From NCBI RefSeq assembly GCF_009914755.1, contig NC_060936.1: a DNA stretch of 64,000 nucleotides; one strand, 5' to 3'. Source of the stretch: the human T2T-CHM13v2.0 reference genome, Homo sapiens. The notes under the pieces are model-generated. The model made no database searches. It was given only the letters and a program-made list of their open reading frames with translations, and was not told where the DNA came from. A program made the translations under genes and the position numbers. Positions within the stretch are counted from its first letter, which is position 1; each line of letters opens with the position of its first letter. Positions 13,712-30,009 of this stretch are shown here, piece after piece.

Positions 13712-14879
13712 GAGGTGATGAGCTGGAGATTGAAGAGGTTGAACAACTTACCTTTGGGGAAAAACCTGGGGAGACAGAGTTCTGAGAAACTGTTGCCCTT
13801 TAATTTGACTCACCAATGCTGTTTAAACTCTTGAGTATATATACATATAGCTTGCTTTGTGCTGTAATTTATTTTGAAGTATTAATAGAATACTTCCCCC
13901 TTTCTGTGCTTATCTTCCTTCATTATACGGTAACATCCATCTCTCCCCCATTTCCCATTCTACAACCTCCTTCCCTGATCCTTCATCCACCATCCCAAAC
14001 AACTAGACATAAAGCCATTCACTTGGAAAACAGAAAACGAAAGCTGCAAATCTTCTTTTATTAATTTCAATAGGCACTCTTCTGAGTGAAAGACAATATT
14101 CAGGTGTTATTTGCAGAATGAGATTTTTTGTTGGTTTGTTTATGTTTAAGGAACATATTAAAAAAACACCCAGGTGCTGATAAGGAGGATGAGAGTCAGG
14201 GACCATGGTCCATCCAAAGTGAGATGAGACACTGAGATACATGCTCCATTGCCAGTGTGGTTGGAGGTTGAATTAGTGCCTCTTTGTCCTTCCTGGTGAG
14301 TGTGGCCAGCAGATTAATAGTCAATTATTCGTTCTACATCTGGAGAGTCTATCTGGAACCCCCACTGGATTCCTGGTCCAGTGGCCAAGGACATTTGTAG
14401 GCCCTTGAAAGAGAATGTAATAGCATGAGGGAGTAATGTAATAGCATGAGGCGGTAGCACTTGCCCCTGACCCAAGAAAGGGTAGACAGGGACAGGAGAG
14501 TGGTGAGCTCTACAGCTCTGGCCATGAGCAGTATGTTTCTTACTATAAGCATATGAAGAAAAGAATGCTGAATCTTAGTGCCAAGTTTCTTCACCCTCCC
14601 CAACAAACATATTGTATAAATATGTAAATTATATAATGTATAAATTTTATATGTATTATATATATTTTTTTTCCTGCAAAAACATTTACTGAACTCTAAA
14701 TATTCCCAAGGCTAGTCTGCTAAAACTGAACTGATAAAGTCCAACGGTGTAACTATTTAAAAGTGCCCAATATATTGTGCCTAATTGCTTTCAAAAAGCC
14801 GTGGGCCAATTCATACTTCCACTGGCAGTATATGAGCTTACTTCCTCTAGGCAATGTTATTTTTATTATCAGTTATTTT

Positions 14880-15010
14880 CAGGGTCGGCATAATGAGGGG
14901 GAAAGAATACTGGATTCTGTTTTACCTCTGCCTTTTAGTTGTCAAGTGTTTTTGGAAAAGCCCCTTCATCTCCCCAGGCCTCTGTTTCCTCACCTGAAAA
15001 TAAAGTGAGA
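14880..15010 (+). mobile_element. MIR fragment
   Basis: CCCCAGGCCTCTGTTTCCTCACCTGAAAAT core. Confidence 0.6.
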
Positions 15011-15019
15011 TTGTATCGT

Positions 15020-15203
15020 TGGTCCTCAGATCAAGCATTGACCTCAACTCAGCAGCATTTGATAGAAGAAAATCACCTAGAATTTGATAGACATGAAAAT
15101 TTTAAGATTCCACCCAGAGATACTAAATTAGAAATTCTGAAACTGGGGCCCATCACTCTGTGTTTGAACAAGCCTCAAGGTGATACTGAGGCAGCTAAAA
15201 TTA
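15020..15203. mobile_element. MER5A-like hAT-Charlie MITE
   Basis: AATCACCTAGAATTTG...CCACCCAGAGATACTAAATTAGAAATTCTG...GGGCCCA...TGTGTTTGAACAAGCCTCAAGGTGAT. Confidence 0.7.
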
Positions 15204-15470
15204 CATCAATACAGCTAAAAGTGTTGTATTGGATAATATCTAAGTTCCATTTTAGTTCCGGCACCTTGATCCATCATTTTCAAGAAGATAAGAGAACCAG
15301 AGAAATTTTCAATGTGGGTTTGTTGGCATGACTTTTTGGTGTACATGAGAACTGAACTTGACAGAGATATTGTTGCATCTGGTTTCTCAAACATTTTCAT
15401 CAGCATCTCATGATGGATTTGATTTTACTGTGGAAAAACAAGATTACCAACAATGAGTTGTGGTGACAAG

Positions 15471-15708
15471 AAGCAATATGGTGTAGTGGATAAGAGACAA
15501 TTGTGACATCAGGTAAACTTGAGTTTGAATCATGGCGGATGCTAAGCTGTGTACTTGGGGCTCACTGCCCTATTCTGCAAAATTGAAATAATTAGAGTAT
15601 GTACTCCATCGAATTGTGGTCAACATTAAATAAGGACCTACATGTAACTAAATCTAGTGTCTGACATATAGAAGGTGTCTAATCAATGTACACTATTACT
15701 TATTATTA
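15471..15708 (+). mobile_element. MIR, near full length
   Basis: tRNA-derived head (GGTGTAGTGGATAAGAG...GAGTTTGAATC), core, and TATTATT tail. Confidence 0.75.
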
Positions 15709-16600
15709 AAAAGATATTAAAATATATTATTAAAAAGATAAAAAGCTCAGATTATTTGCATAAAAGCAGTGCTCATTACAGCACAAGTCCACTAAGAAAT
15801 AAGTAACACTAAGAGCTAAAAAAATCATTAACTAAAGAATTAACCTGGGCTAAGAAACAGGTGAGCTGTAGAATGGTGGGAAGACATAGTTACAGGAAAT
15901 ATGCCATGCAGTTTGTTCTTTTTCAGTAAAGATATCTTGAAGCCATGTATAACCATTCTTTGCTAAAACTACTATAGGATAGGAAAGGGTAAGATTTTTC
16001 CCCCCAAAAGCTGGTGTACTGAACTTTTCTCATTCTCTTTGGCAATTTTGTGTCCCATTTTTATTTTTTATTTCACAAACCCTAACAAACTAGGATAGTG
16101 TCTATTTATAATCAAATGACCTAATTATCAAGGTCCTTCAGGGGAACTGTATCATGATCCTAAGCAGGGTGTTTCCTATACAAGTGAGAGCACACTTTTT
16201 AATTACAAATGAATTCCTTTCAGGCCCAAACTAGCTTCCCTTCCTCTTACCGTAGCCCTGTCCCAGTTCCTAGAAATGTTGACCTTTTTCTTCTACACCA
16301 TGTGACATCCATTTTCACTCTTGTATTCAACTTTTCATTGCTGGTTTCCTTCAAACAATGTCTCTGTGTGACTAATTCTCACAGTAAAAATAGGATGCTT
16401 TTCTGCATTTTCTCAGTTTATCAACGATTTTTCTGTGGATTGGAATTTGGAAAAACAAATTTTCCAAAAAATGCTGGGAAAGACTTTCCTACAGAAACAC
16501 TAATCCCTATAATTTGCAATCCCATCCTAGAAAGAGGTCCCTTGTTTTAAACAACTAACAATATAAACTTGCTCTATTTTGTAAAACAGTTTTGTCACAT

Positions 16601-17290
16601 TGTCAGTTTCAGGTTCTTGACTTTGCCACACAAAAGAATCTGAGAGGAAGTCCAAAGTAAGAGTAGGCAAAGAAGTGTATTGCAAAGCCAAAGCACATTG
16701 AGAGAAGCAGAGTGGGCTGCTCAAAGTTAGTGACAGCAGCTAGTGCCTCAAGAGGGATTCCCTTTACGCAAGCTATTCATACATATTCATAAAATACTGG
16801 TGATATCAAGAATGCAAAAGTGGACATGCAGTTGGAGCATGTGCTCAGTATTTACATGCTTTAACATGAATTGCATGTGTCATTAACATGTAAAATATCC
16901 ACCTAGAGGTGTGTTTTTTACTATTAAAATGAGGAAAATGTCACTCACAGGTAAAACCCAAGCCTAGCTGCACATGCGGGACCCTGGAGACATCCTTAGT
17001 TTTCCCCAAGGCAGGAATTTGTAGTGTATAGCTTCTTGGGCTTTTGGTGCTGACTGGCTGGAGACTGAGGAAGCTACATTATAAATAAGGGACTTTTGTT
17101 CTCTTCCCCAAGCTATATTGCGTATTAGGAACTTGTAAGCATCTGGCGGTCTGCTGGTGTCCTGTAGGACTATTTATCTTGCAAAATAGTTAGGTGCTGA
17201 TGCACAAGGAACCCACTGCAAAAGAGCCCACGGGGCTTCACACAAGGGGACAAGGCAGTATGGCCTCCTAATCTTACTTATTCTGCTTCA
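16601..17290 (-). mobile_element. ERV1 (MER4-group) solo LTR, ~690 bp; subfamily uncertain
   Basis: Minus strand starts TGAAGCAGAATAAGTAAGATTAGGAGGCCATAC and ends ...GTCAAGAACCTGAAACTGACA. 4-bp flanks ACAT/ATAT. Confidence 0.75.
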
Positions 17291-17504
17291 ATATGTCTAT
17301 CTTTGTTGTCACCCAAAACTGTATGACTAATTTCCTTTTCCTCGAAAACCTAGCTTTTGATGTTCTGATAGCTTATTGTGGTACAAGTCAAATCTACTTC
17401 CCATATCATCATGATTTGCTCATTAACCTCCAAAGCCCAGGTACATATGGATTTCAGAAAATGGTGGTTAGCGAGAGAACATTAATTTGAAGAATTGGAC
17501 CCAC

Positions 17505-18020
17505 AAACATTAATTCATTCTACAGGAATGTATGACCACATAATAAAAGCCATACGTGCTAGAATTGGGGTCATAAAAAAGAATAGGACATAGTGTCTGC
17601 CTTTGATCAGTTACATAAACAAATGATATGGGTTCCTGTAGAAGATGTACTAAAGTAGTGGGGTGGGAGAGTTTTGGTAGAACTTCATAGAGGATAGACC
17701 TGAAGGTGAGTAGGAGTTCATGTGGGAAGAAAAGGGAGAAGATATTTCAGTTTCAAGGACTACCATATATAAAGACATTTTCCTTTAAAAATCCTTATGA
17801 ACGTTGCTAGACTGCACAAAGACCTGATGTGATAGCAAATGTGTTGGCCACAGAGTGCAGCGTGGTCAGAGTGAAGTGTGCATTGAGCAATGCTAGCATT
17901 GTTGAGGTGAAGCTGTAGAGAGTTTATTATCCGAAGAGGATGGTAATAGAGCTGCACGGCCCTGCATGCCATGCTAAGTTTAGACAATCTGTGAGCAGTG
18001 GAAAGTTATTGGAGGTTACT
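17505..18020 (-). mobile_element. L2 remnant
   Basis: ATTCATTC terminus and L2-like GACCTGAAGGTGAGTAGGAGTT...GCCATGCTAAG...GAGCAGTGGAAAGTTATTGGAGG. Confidence 0.65.
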
Positions 18021-18199
18021 GAAATTATTAAATTAGCTATGCTTCATTACATTCCCTTATCCAGCGATTTGATAGAAGAAGCTTCTGAAGCTGTTCTCTG
18101 TGATTGTTAGTTCTGTTAGAAAACTGTCAATTTGAGAATTTTATTTCTAATTCAATTCTCTTGAAGAAACCAACTTAACTGCTCAAATTTCAGTTTTGC

Positions 18200-18370
18200 T
18201 GAACAGATATTTATTTAAGATCTTCTATATGCCACACGTTATTGTTGGTGTTGTGTGTACAAAGAAGGGTAAGGCAGATGCTCTACCATAGATGATTTTT
18301 GTAGTCAATGGAGCAACAGACATCTAAGCAGATAATATCAGAAAGTATGTACAGAACACTGTGAGCTTAT
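18200..18370 (-). mobile_element. L2 3' fragment
   Basis: AACAGATATTTATTTAAGATCTTCTATATGCCA. Confidence 0.45.
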
Positions 18371-18545
18371 CCTAGTTGGGCTTTCATGGGTATTTTGAAA
18401 GATTTCTTAGGTTCTGTTGTATTTGACTATTTACTGTGAGTCATAAATAAATAGGTCAGCATTCAAAAGTTAACTAGGTTGGTTGAGAATAGAGAGGACA
18501 CAGATGCTGAAGTAATTTCTCTCTCTCATCCTGTCTCATGGTGGA

Positions 18546-18719
18546 AACATAACAAAAAAAAATAGGCAATCCTCATGTGGAAGCTGCGAAAAATTACACA
18601 GTTACAACATCAAAATTGAATTATGAATTTTATGAACATAACAAAAAATAGGTGATCCTCATGTGGAAGTTCTGTGAAAGAATAGGCAGTTTCAATATCA
18701 AAAGAGAATTATGAATTTT
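18546..18719 (+). repeat. Diverged tandem duplication, ~88-bp unit x2
   Basis: AACATAACAAAAA..ATAGG..ATCCTCATGTGGAAG...ATCAAAA..GAATTATGAATTTT at 18546-18631 and 18635-18719. Confidence 0.9.
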
Positions 18720-18934
18720 CTGGGGTTGTTTTAAAATATGGCTTTTAGAGCAACTGGAATTCATTAAAAATCAACTATTCGAATTATCTTTTCCTAATGA
18801 AGGGAACTGTTTCCAACTACTTTAAAATGTGTGTTTCAGGTTAGACACAGCCCTTCTTTGTTCATACTTGAATGATTCTTTCTTCTTGTCACTAATTCAA
18901 TGAACACAATACTTCTTCTGTGCAGTCAGTGTAG

Positions 18935-19055
18935 TCTCATTTTTTTAAAATTAGGAAACACAGAGAGGGTAAGTAATTTACCCAAAGCCACACAGTCAGA
19001 CAGTGTTTGAGAAAGAACAAAATTGAAGTTCCTGACTCTCAACCCAAGATGCAGT
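18935..19055 (-). mobile_element. MIR fragment
   Basis: AGGAAACACAGAGAGGGTAAGTAATTTACCCAAAGCCACACAG. Confidence 0.7.
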
Positions 19056-19508
19056 TCAATAGGCCATGTAACTTCCTCTTGAAAATAGTTATACACACCA
19101 TAAGGCTATTTTTTCTTGTTTTCACAAAACATGTAGTCACTGTTTTTTTATACTAAACTCTTGGAAGCTCTGGGAATAAATTAGTTTCCTTGAAAACACT
19201 TAAACAAATCTATCCACATTGGTTTGTTATTTTATGGCTGCTCATGAATGCTGGATTCCTGGCATTGTTTTTATTTTTTTTAAGGGAGCAGTGATTTGTT
19301 TGCCTTTAAAAATGTATGTCTAGAATGAGATTAGTTTACTCTGCTATTTTGTGTAATAAAACTTTGGCTATATTGGATAAAGCACAGTACTAGGAATGGC
19401 TCTATATTTGTAGTTTTGCTGTGTAGTAATCAATTATTATATTTCCAACTTTGTTCAAAATACTCTGATTCCAAGGTATTGGCATCTTGCAGGATGACGT
19501 CTTCTTAC

Positions 19509-19553
19509 CTTCTATTCTATTCCCCTCATTTAGCGTATTGGGACAGAATACAT
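19509..19553 (-). other. Candidate 45-nt internal exon on the minus strand
   Basis: Acceptor CCTTTTTCATTGCCTTTTTAG|AT and donor GAAG|GTAAGA in unique DNA. Confidence 0.4.
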
Positions 19554-20114
19554 CTAAAAAGGCAATGAAAAAGGTGTTTTGAGACATCCAAGTTAAATGA
19601 GAGGACCCTGGGGTCATAGCCAAATAGAATCTAAACACCAAGTACCTACTTTTCTTGAGCAGAGATTGCCTTTATGGTCATTTTGTTACTGATATTGGAT
19701 CAATCAACAAATATTTGTCTGTACTATGTGGTGATTGCTAGGATTATTTCCCCTTTCATCTCGAATTTTCTTTCTTTTTCTCATACTGCCACCCTATTCC
19801 TTCTCCTCCCCTTCTCTCCTCTCTAAGACTTCTTGTCCTCATTTCCTCCTCTCTGCCCCTTCTCTGAGCTTCTACTATGTGACAGGCCCTCTGCTAGGCA
19901 CTGGAGGTAGGAATTTAAGACACGCTCTGTTTACAAACATCTCATCATCTACTGTTGTGGTTTTCAAAAAGGTTTGACTCACATAGAAAAGGCAAAAGGC
20001 TTGCCAACCTCATTATCTAACTGTTCCTACTTTTTAGCAAATAAAGGAAATGGTGATAATGAAGAATTAGAGAATCCCATAATAAAAATTGTACTAAATT
20101 TTAATATCTCAGAG

Positions 20115-20315
20115 AGATAGTTTTGTTTAATCATTAAGATTGTAGACCCTTGAGCCCAGCTGTCTGAATTTGAATCCTGACTCTGCTCTTTTGAGTTATT
20201 TATGTTAATAATTCCTATGCCATTGGGCTGCTGGGAAGATTAAAGCTTACAGAAATGTGCCTGCTGCATGGTAGGCATCATACATATAGCCATTATTATG
20301 GTTACTGTTATTAAT
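20115..20315 (+). mobile_element. MIR fragment
   Basis: TGTCTGAATTTGAATCCTGACTCTGC...GAAGATTAAA...GTGCCTG..CATGGTAGGC. Confidence 0.55.
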
Positions 20316-20554
20316 AATATTCCTAAGTTATTTGAAAAAGTAAAGACTATGCACTTAAAAATAGAAGAAAGGTGTTACATTTCAGTACATCTAGAAGCCT
20401 GTTGTGACTCTGAGGGGCTGAGGACCATACTTGAGAATCATGTATTAGTGAAAAAAATCACTGGTATAGATGTTATACTAGAAACATGCTCAGGACAAGT
20501 TTCAATGGATGCACAGTGGAGAGAAACATAAAGATCTAGCCTCAGATACACTGG

Positions 20555-24281
<3,727 letters not shown>

Positions 24282-24299
24282 TTTGTTAAATAAACTTAA

Positions 24300-24810
24300 T
24301 AATATAAAAGTAATACATACTTATAGCAAAAAAATTCAAGTCCTATAAAAAGGTATTAAATGAAAAAAAGTTCAACTCTCTTCCCATCCTCCTGCCATAC
24401 CTCATTCTCTCTTCCCAAATATATCAACTCAAAACTGTTTTCTATGTAGTTTTCTAAACATGTACCATATCAATACAATAAATAAGTATTTTTCTGTCTA
24501 CTTTAACTTTTTAAACATAACTGGGAGTCACCTATACATACTTCTCTGCAAATTGCTTTCTTCCCTTTAACAATCTCTCTCGGCCAATTTTCCAAATTAA
24601 CTCAAATATACCAACTTCATGATTTTTTTACTAGATATATATTACTCCAACATTTGGATATGCACTGGAATAAGTACTAAGCAAGCAAATATGTGAACAT
24701 CTATATGTGTATGTGTGTGTATTACATGTATATTTTAGTGTACCTGTATGAGTGGAATTTCTGGGTCAAAGAATTTATACATTTTAAATTTTGATTAATA
24801 TTGCAAGGTT
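24300..24810 (-). mobile_element. L1ME-type 3' remnant
   Basis: GAGTGGAATTTCTGGGTCAAAG...ACATTTTAAATTTTGAT..ATATTGC. Confidence 0.55.
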
Positions 24811-25459
24811 GTATTGAAGAGGATGTTTTTTCTTCTGTTTTCCAGTTTCATTGAGGGGTAGGCACTTCAGCAAAACCCTTAAGAAATGAAAACACATTGC
24901 AAAAAGCTAACATTGATTATTTTGATTTGGATATAGTCAGAGGAAGGCCATTAGCATAGTAAAAACTATCCTAAAAGAAGTCATATAACATGAGAAAGGA
25001 AATGCGGATTTAGCCAAAGAAGATTTGAAATAGAAAGGGCAGAGACAAGGGAGAGAAACAGAGGGCTGGCTGCTAGCCAGTTGACACATACAAAGAAGTG
25101 GGATCCACAGTTAAAAGCAAAGTAGAGAAAGGGGGGTTTGGCTATACTGCTTTAATTTTTTAAGAAAGGGAAATAATTTTATGTTAACTTATACAGATCA
25201 AATCAAGTAAAACAAAAAGAAAATGAAATTCAATTTCTCTATAGAGAACAGTAGGCTTGATGTGTGAAGAAGGCAGATTTCATCCCTCTCAGAGGAAGAA
25301 CTTTCTCACCAGGACCATCCACATATGGAGGGGCTGCCTCAAGCCCATTGGGTGGTCTGACATAGGCTGGGTGCCCAACCCTCAGCCAAGGCCCTTCCTG
25401 CACTGGGCGGGAGGAGACTGTGTTAAATGATCTCTAAGACTCTATTATACTGTCATTCC

Positions 25460-25620
25460 TTAAACTAACATTTATTGTTTACTTTGTACCAGGTAATCTA
25501 CTGAAGTGCTGAATGTGAGTTATCTCATTTAACCTCACCACGACTCTGTGAGGAAAAGAAATATTATTATATACATACAGTGTTTCCTCCACTTAACAGA
25601 CAATGAAATCACAGTTTTAA
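25460..25620 (-). mobile_element. MIR fragment
   Basis: CTAACATTTATTG...TTATCTCATTTAACCTCACCACGACTCTGTGAGG. Confidence 0.65.
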
Positions 25621-25789
25621 ACTGACCTTCTTTTCACCCCTGTTGCTTCCAGTCCAAGTGTTTTGGTCTTAAACATAGTGACTCAGAGACACCAGCCAGT
25701 TGCAACACTCTTGAACTGAAAAGATATACTATATGGAGAAAGTGTTCCTGATGATGTAGTTACATGAATCCTGAGGGGAACAGGGAGGG

Positions 25790-26265
25790 ATGCTTCATTT
25801 GGAACATACTAATTGATACCTAGTGTTACTGGATACTCTGCAGGATGTTGGGGAAATCATGGTGATGAGTCTCTGCCTTCCCAGGGGTTTCAGATTCGTG
25901 AGAGGAACCAGCAAGTTAACAGAAAATTACAAAGAAGCAAGTGCTTGGTTAGGAGTTAGGCCAGGAATTGAACCTCCCTTGGTGGTTTGGATGCTCAAGG
26001 AGAACGTTTTAGAATAGAAGGGCTCTAAAGCTGAAGGAGAGTAAGAAGTACTGAGGGTGGGTGGAGAGCTGGGTGTGCCTTGAGATGGGCATTCAAAGGA
26101 AAAGGAAGGCTGAAGCTACACTTCTGGCCAACAGCCAGGGGTTTAGTTAGGCTGGAGGGCAGCATGGGAGGGGCCAGAGGAGCTACCTTTGAGTTGAGAA
26201 AGCAGGCAGGACCTTTTTATGGCCTAGCTAATGAGTTTGGATCTCTTCCTGAGGGCAATGCTTAC
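25790..26265 (-). mobile_element. L2 remnant
   Basis: GAGTCTCTGCCTTCCCAGGGGTTTCAGATT...GAGTTTGGATCTCTTCCTGAGGGCAATG. Confidence 0.5.
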
Positions 26266-27644
26266 TTAAATTTATATAATAACTTTATTATATATTTATA
26301 AAATAAAATTGCAGTTACATTCCTATATTCTTAACAATAACCCTGTTCATATTTGAGTTAATTTTAAATTGGCTGCATTTTACCTAGAAGCTGAAAGTCC
26401 AGCATTTTCCACCTTTAGCTTAGGTAAGGTGAGGAATTGGAGCTCATGTTGACTTTGACATGCTATCTCTGCAGGCTACTTCACCCAACAGGTTAAAAAA
26501 TTACACTGAAAGCAGTGCCCCCACGAAACTTCACAGTTGAGATTGGAGTTGGGGGGTGCAGTAGAATAGGTCTATCAGGAAGAAATGCTTCCCTCACTCT
26601 TTCCACTGTGAAATTGATCACACAGATAGTTCCTCAGGGCAGTCAGCAGGTTTGGGAAAGGTGAGAGGCAGATCAAACAAGCATAATGAGTCATTTAGAC
26701 CCAACCTTGGCACAATCTTTTGTCATCCTCATCATTCCCTATGGAAGCCTAAGGCAGGTGGCACAGACTCTGTTGTTTCTCTCCTCTGGGCTTCTTTGTG
26801 AGCCATGTCCTACACTCCAGACCTGGAGGTCCACTCGTGTCAGTTACCCTGTGTAGATGAAATAATGCACATTGTACTGGGGATGGGGACATTATGTCTG
26901 AAGATCAATTCTGGAATTCCACCCAGGATCATTTTTTCTTGTTGGTGGTTTTCCTGCTTTGTCCCATGAAGTATTCTCTACAATTCAAAGCAAAGAAAAT
27001 GAAAAGTCTGAGAGTCTGAGTTCCTAGAGATAGGAATACCTCTATAAAACAACCTCTAAATAATTCCAAAATGCTCAACATGTCCCTATTTATGTCAAAT
27101 AGTCTACGGACAGAAAGCCTATTGCTTATCCTTGGATGGCTCCTAGTGAAGAATGTCAGATAATGCAAGAATTTTTCTTTTTTGCTAATTTTATTATTTC
27201 TAAAATTTTAGTTTTTACATAAGAAATATATGGCATCTGGTGAAATTATCTCACCCTATCTGAATTTAACTCCTTCCATCAGAGGACAAATGTAGATTTC
27301 CACTGACTTCACCAAAAATGCTGCATTTGTGTCTTAGATCAAACAGTGACCCATGGGATTATATAAATCATAAAATAATTGTTCTAGAAGAAGCTTGTAC
27401 ATAAAACATTCAAATGCTCCAGTGATGAAAGTCCTCCCTAACACAATGTGTGCCCAAGTGGAATAGCAGCACTCCCTCCTCTCCCCTCAAATCTTATGTG
27501 TGTTGAATATAATAAGACATTTGAAGGTATAAATCTTATAGCGAGCCAGGAGAGAGATACTTTTGATCATAGGATTGTGAGGCCAGTAAAAAGGCTCAGA
27601 GGATGAGCAATGGCATGTGTAGTGCAGGGTTAAACTAAAGCAAA

Positions 27645-27825
27645 TTATATATATACATATATATGTGTATATATGTATACATATACGTGTATATACACAT
27701 AAATACAAGCATATATATGTGTATATATACTTGTTTGTGTTATGTATATTTGAGTGTGTGATATATATCACATGTGACATATATATTTGATATATATATC
27801 TCTCTCACACACACACGTATGTATA
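27645..27825. repeat. Compound (TA)/(TG)/(CA) alternating purine-pyrimidine tract
   Basis: Read directly; includes the palindrome TGTGATATATATCACA. Confidence 0.9.
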
Positions 27826-28416
27826 GGCTTGAATAGAGATCATACATGGAGGCAGATGTTAAGTCAGGAGGCCAGCAGGTGGGAGAGGGGAAATATTTGA
27901 GTAAGCAGTGCTGAGTGTGGCAAAGGAAAGGATTTATGTGAAATGCTCTGAGGTGTAAGTCCTGCCTAATGGATTTCTGTCTATGCTGTGGTACCTAAGG
28001 AGAGAGAGACTTGTAACAGGGTTCTAAGCACAGGATCTACATGATCCAGTTAATGGGGGCAGAGGTATTGACAGGGCACTTCATCCTGGAGCTGAAAATG
28101 TGGCTTGGAGGCAATATAAAGGACTGAATTCTTTTCCAGAGGTAGTTTCTGGCTTGGAAGATAAAGCAGGTTCAGATTATAAAAGCCAATATATGTATCA
28201 AGTTAGATTTAAGGAAAACTGAGTATTCTATCTATTAGTGTATATGCCTCTCCCCACTGCAGTACATTATAACACATATCCAGAATGTTTAGTCCTGGAA
28301 TATGCTGATGAGCATCTCTGGGGAGGCAAGGATGCAGAGGAGTAGGGAAGAACTGAACTTGGATTCCAAATTTGCACACTAGAGAGAAGAACCAATGTTT
28401 ATACTCTTAAGCAGAG

Positions 28417-28593
28417 TATACTAGTTTCTTAGAGATGCCATAACAAAATGCAACAAAATGCATGGCTTTAAACAACAGAAATTAATTATCCTATTGTTCT
28501 GGAGGCTCTGGGGGAGTATCTGTTCCATACTGTCTCTCAGCTTCTGGTGGTGGCTGCAATCCTTGGTGTTCCTTGCCTTGCAGATGCATCATC
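28417..28593 (-). mobile_element. MLT1 (MLT1C-like) MaLR LTR fragment
   Basis: TAGTTTCTTAGAGATGCCATAACAAAAT...TTAAACAACAGAAATT...GTTCTGGAGGC...CAATCCTTGGTGTTCCTTG. Confidence 0.75.
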
Positions 28594-30009
28594 GAAGGAA
28601 GAAAGAGGAAAACAATATGAGAAAAAGATAAAAAATGGGTGGAAAGTAAAGAAAGATAAGAACTTCTAAAATACTTTCTTTAAGTCACAGATGTTGGATC
28701 AGTTCAATCAAAGCTTAACATTCTAGTTAGATTTATAGAACTGCAAAAACACAGAAATAGATACACATTTAAAACATGGAAGAAAAAAACTTTTATCAAT
28801 AAAAATTATTGTAAACATTTGAAAGCATGCTATGCCATAATATGAAGTTCAAAGTAGGTTTGAAATTTCTGTTTTGTGAAAGCCTAACAGTTTTACGTAT
28901 CACAAGGATGATGAAGAATGGGCTCTTGTGATGGCAGTTCACCATTTCCAATTCATTTGTTGGGTTTAGAAAAATATTTCAGAGTCTCCACTTCTCTTAA
29001 GAGGAATCTTGTCTTCCATTTTTCTGTACACATTAAGCCTTAAATTGCTCCCACAGGCCCACGTGTGCAATATGTACTACACTGTTGCCCACAAGGGTTT
29101 AATATAAATGTGACATCCTGCTGTGTAAGAAGAATTGTGCTGTGATTTTATAACTAACATTTTCAGAGGGAGCCATTATTTAAAAGACATAAGAATTCAA
29201 GAACCATTTGGCTGATGAGATTTGAGCCAATTGGGATCAACTACCCTGTCATCATTCATGCAACAGAACATAAATTTGAATCAGATGAAAGGAAATTTGC
29301 AGGTCAAATGCAATGGGTTCTTCCAAACTGTCACAGTGAAAGACAATGCCTTGCTTGAGTAGAGAGGAAGAAATAAGTATCCTTTTTAAAACATTAAATA
29401 TCAGAGTGAAACCAAAGCAATTGAACGATAGCAATTGCCTCAGTCTAATGACCTCATTTCTGTCATGCAACCTGGAGAAACAAGATGTCAAAAATAATCC
29501 GTTAAAAAGTAGAGCAAGATACATACAAGACCTATATGAAGAAAACTATAAATCTTTATCAAGAACATAAAATAAGACAAATAAATAGGGCATGTACCAT
29601 GCTCTTGGATGTAATTATTCAATATTGTAAAGAACTCAAATTACTCCAAAGTACTATATAAATGTTACATAATTTCAAAGCTCCAATGAAATATTTTATG
29701 AAGCTTAATTAATAGTTTCTCAAATTTATCTAAACTTGCAAGAATAACTAATAGGAAAATAGTTTAAATAGAAAAATTGTAGGGGTCTCGATCAATTAAA
29801 CTAAGGGTTACTGGTGTCGGAATAGAGACAGTGATCATTGAAATAGAACAAAGTTTAGTAATCAACTTTTTACACGTAATAAATATGACTATGATAAAGG
29901 TACATTTTGAATGAAGAGGGGAAATAATTTCATGGGGAAAATTGGTATCTCATTTGAAAACTACGTTAAGATATTTTATGGAGCTCACATAATTCATTAA
30001 AAAATTTAA

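Noticed and set aside
14414-14455. Small tandem duplications: 21 bp here, also ~39291-39332, 49406-49436 and 55736-55791
   Set aside because: Ordinary slippage duplications with no further structure.
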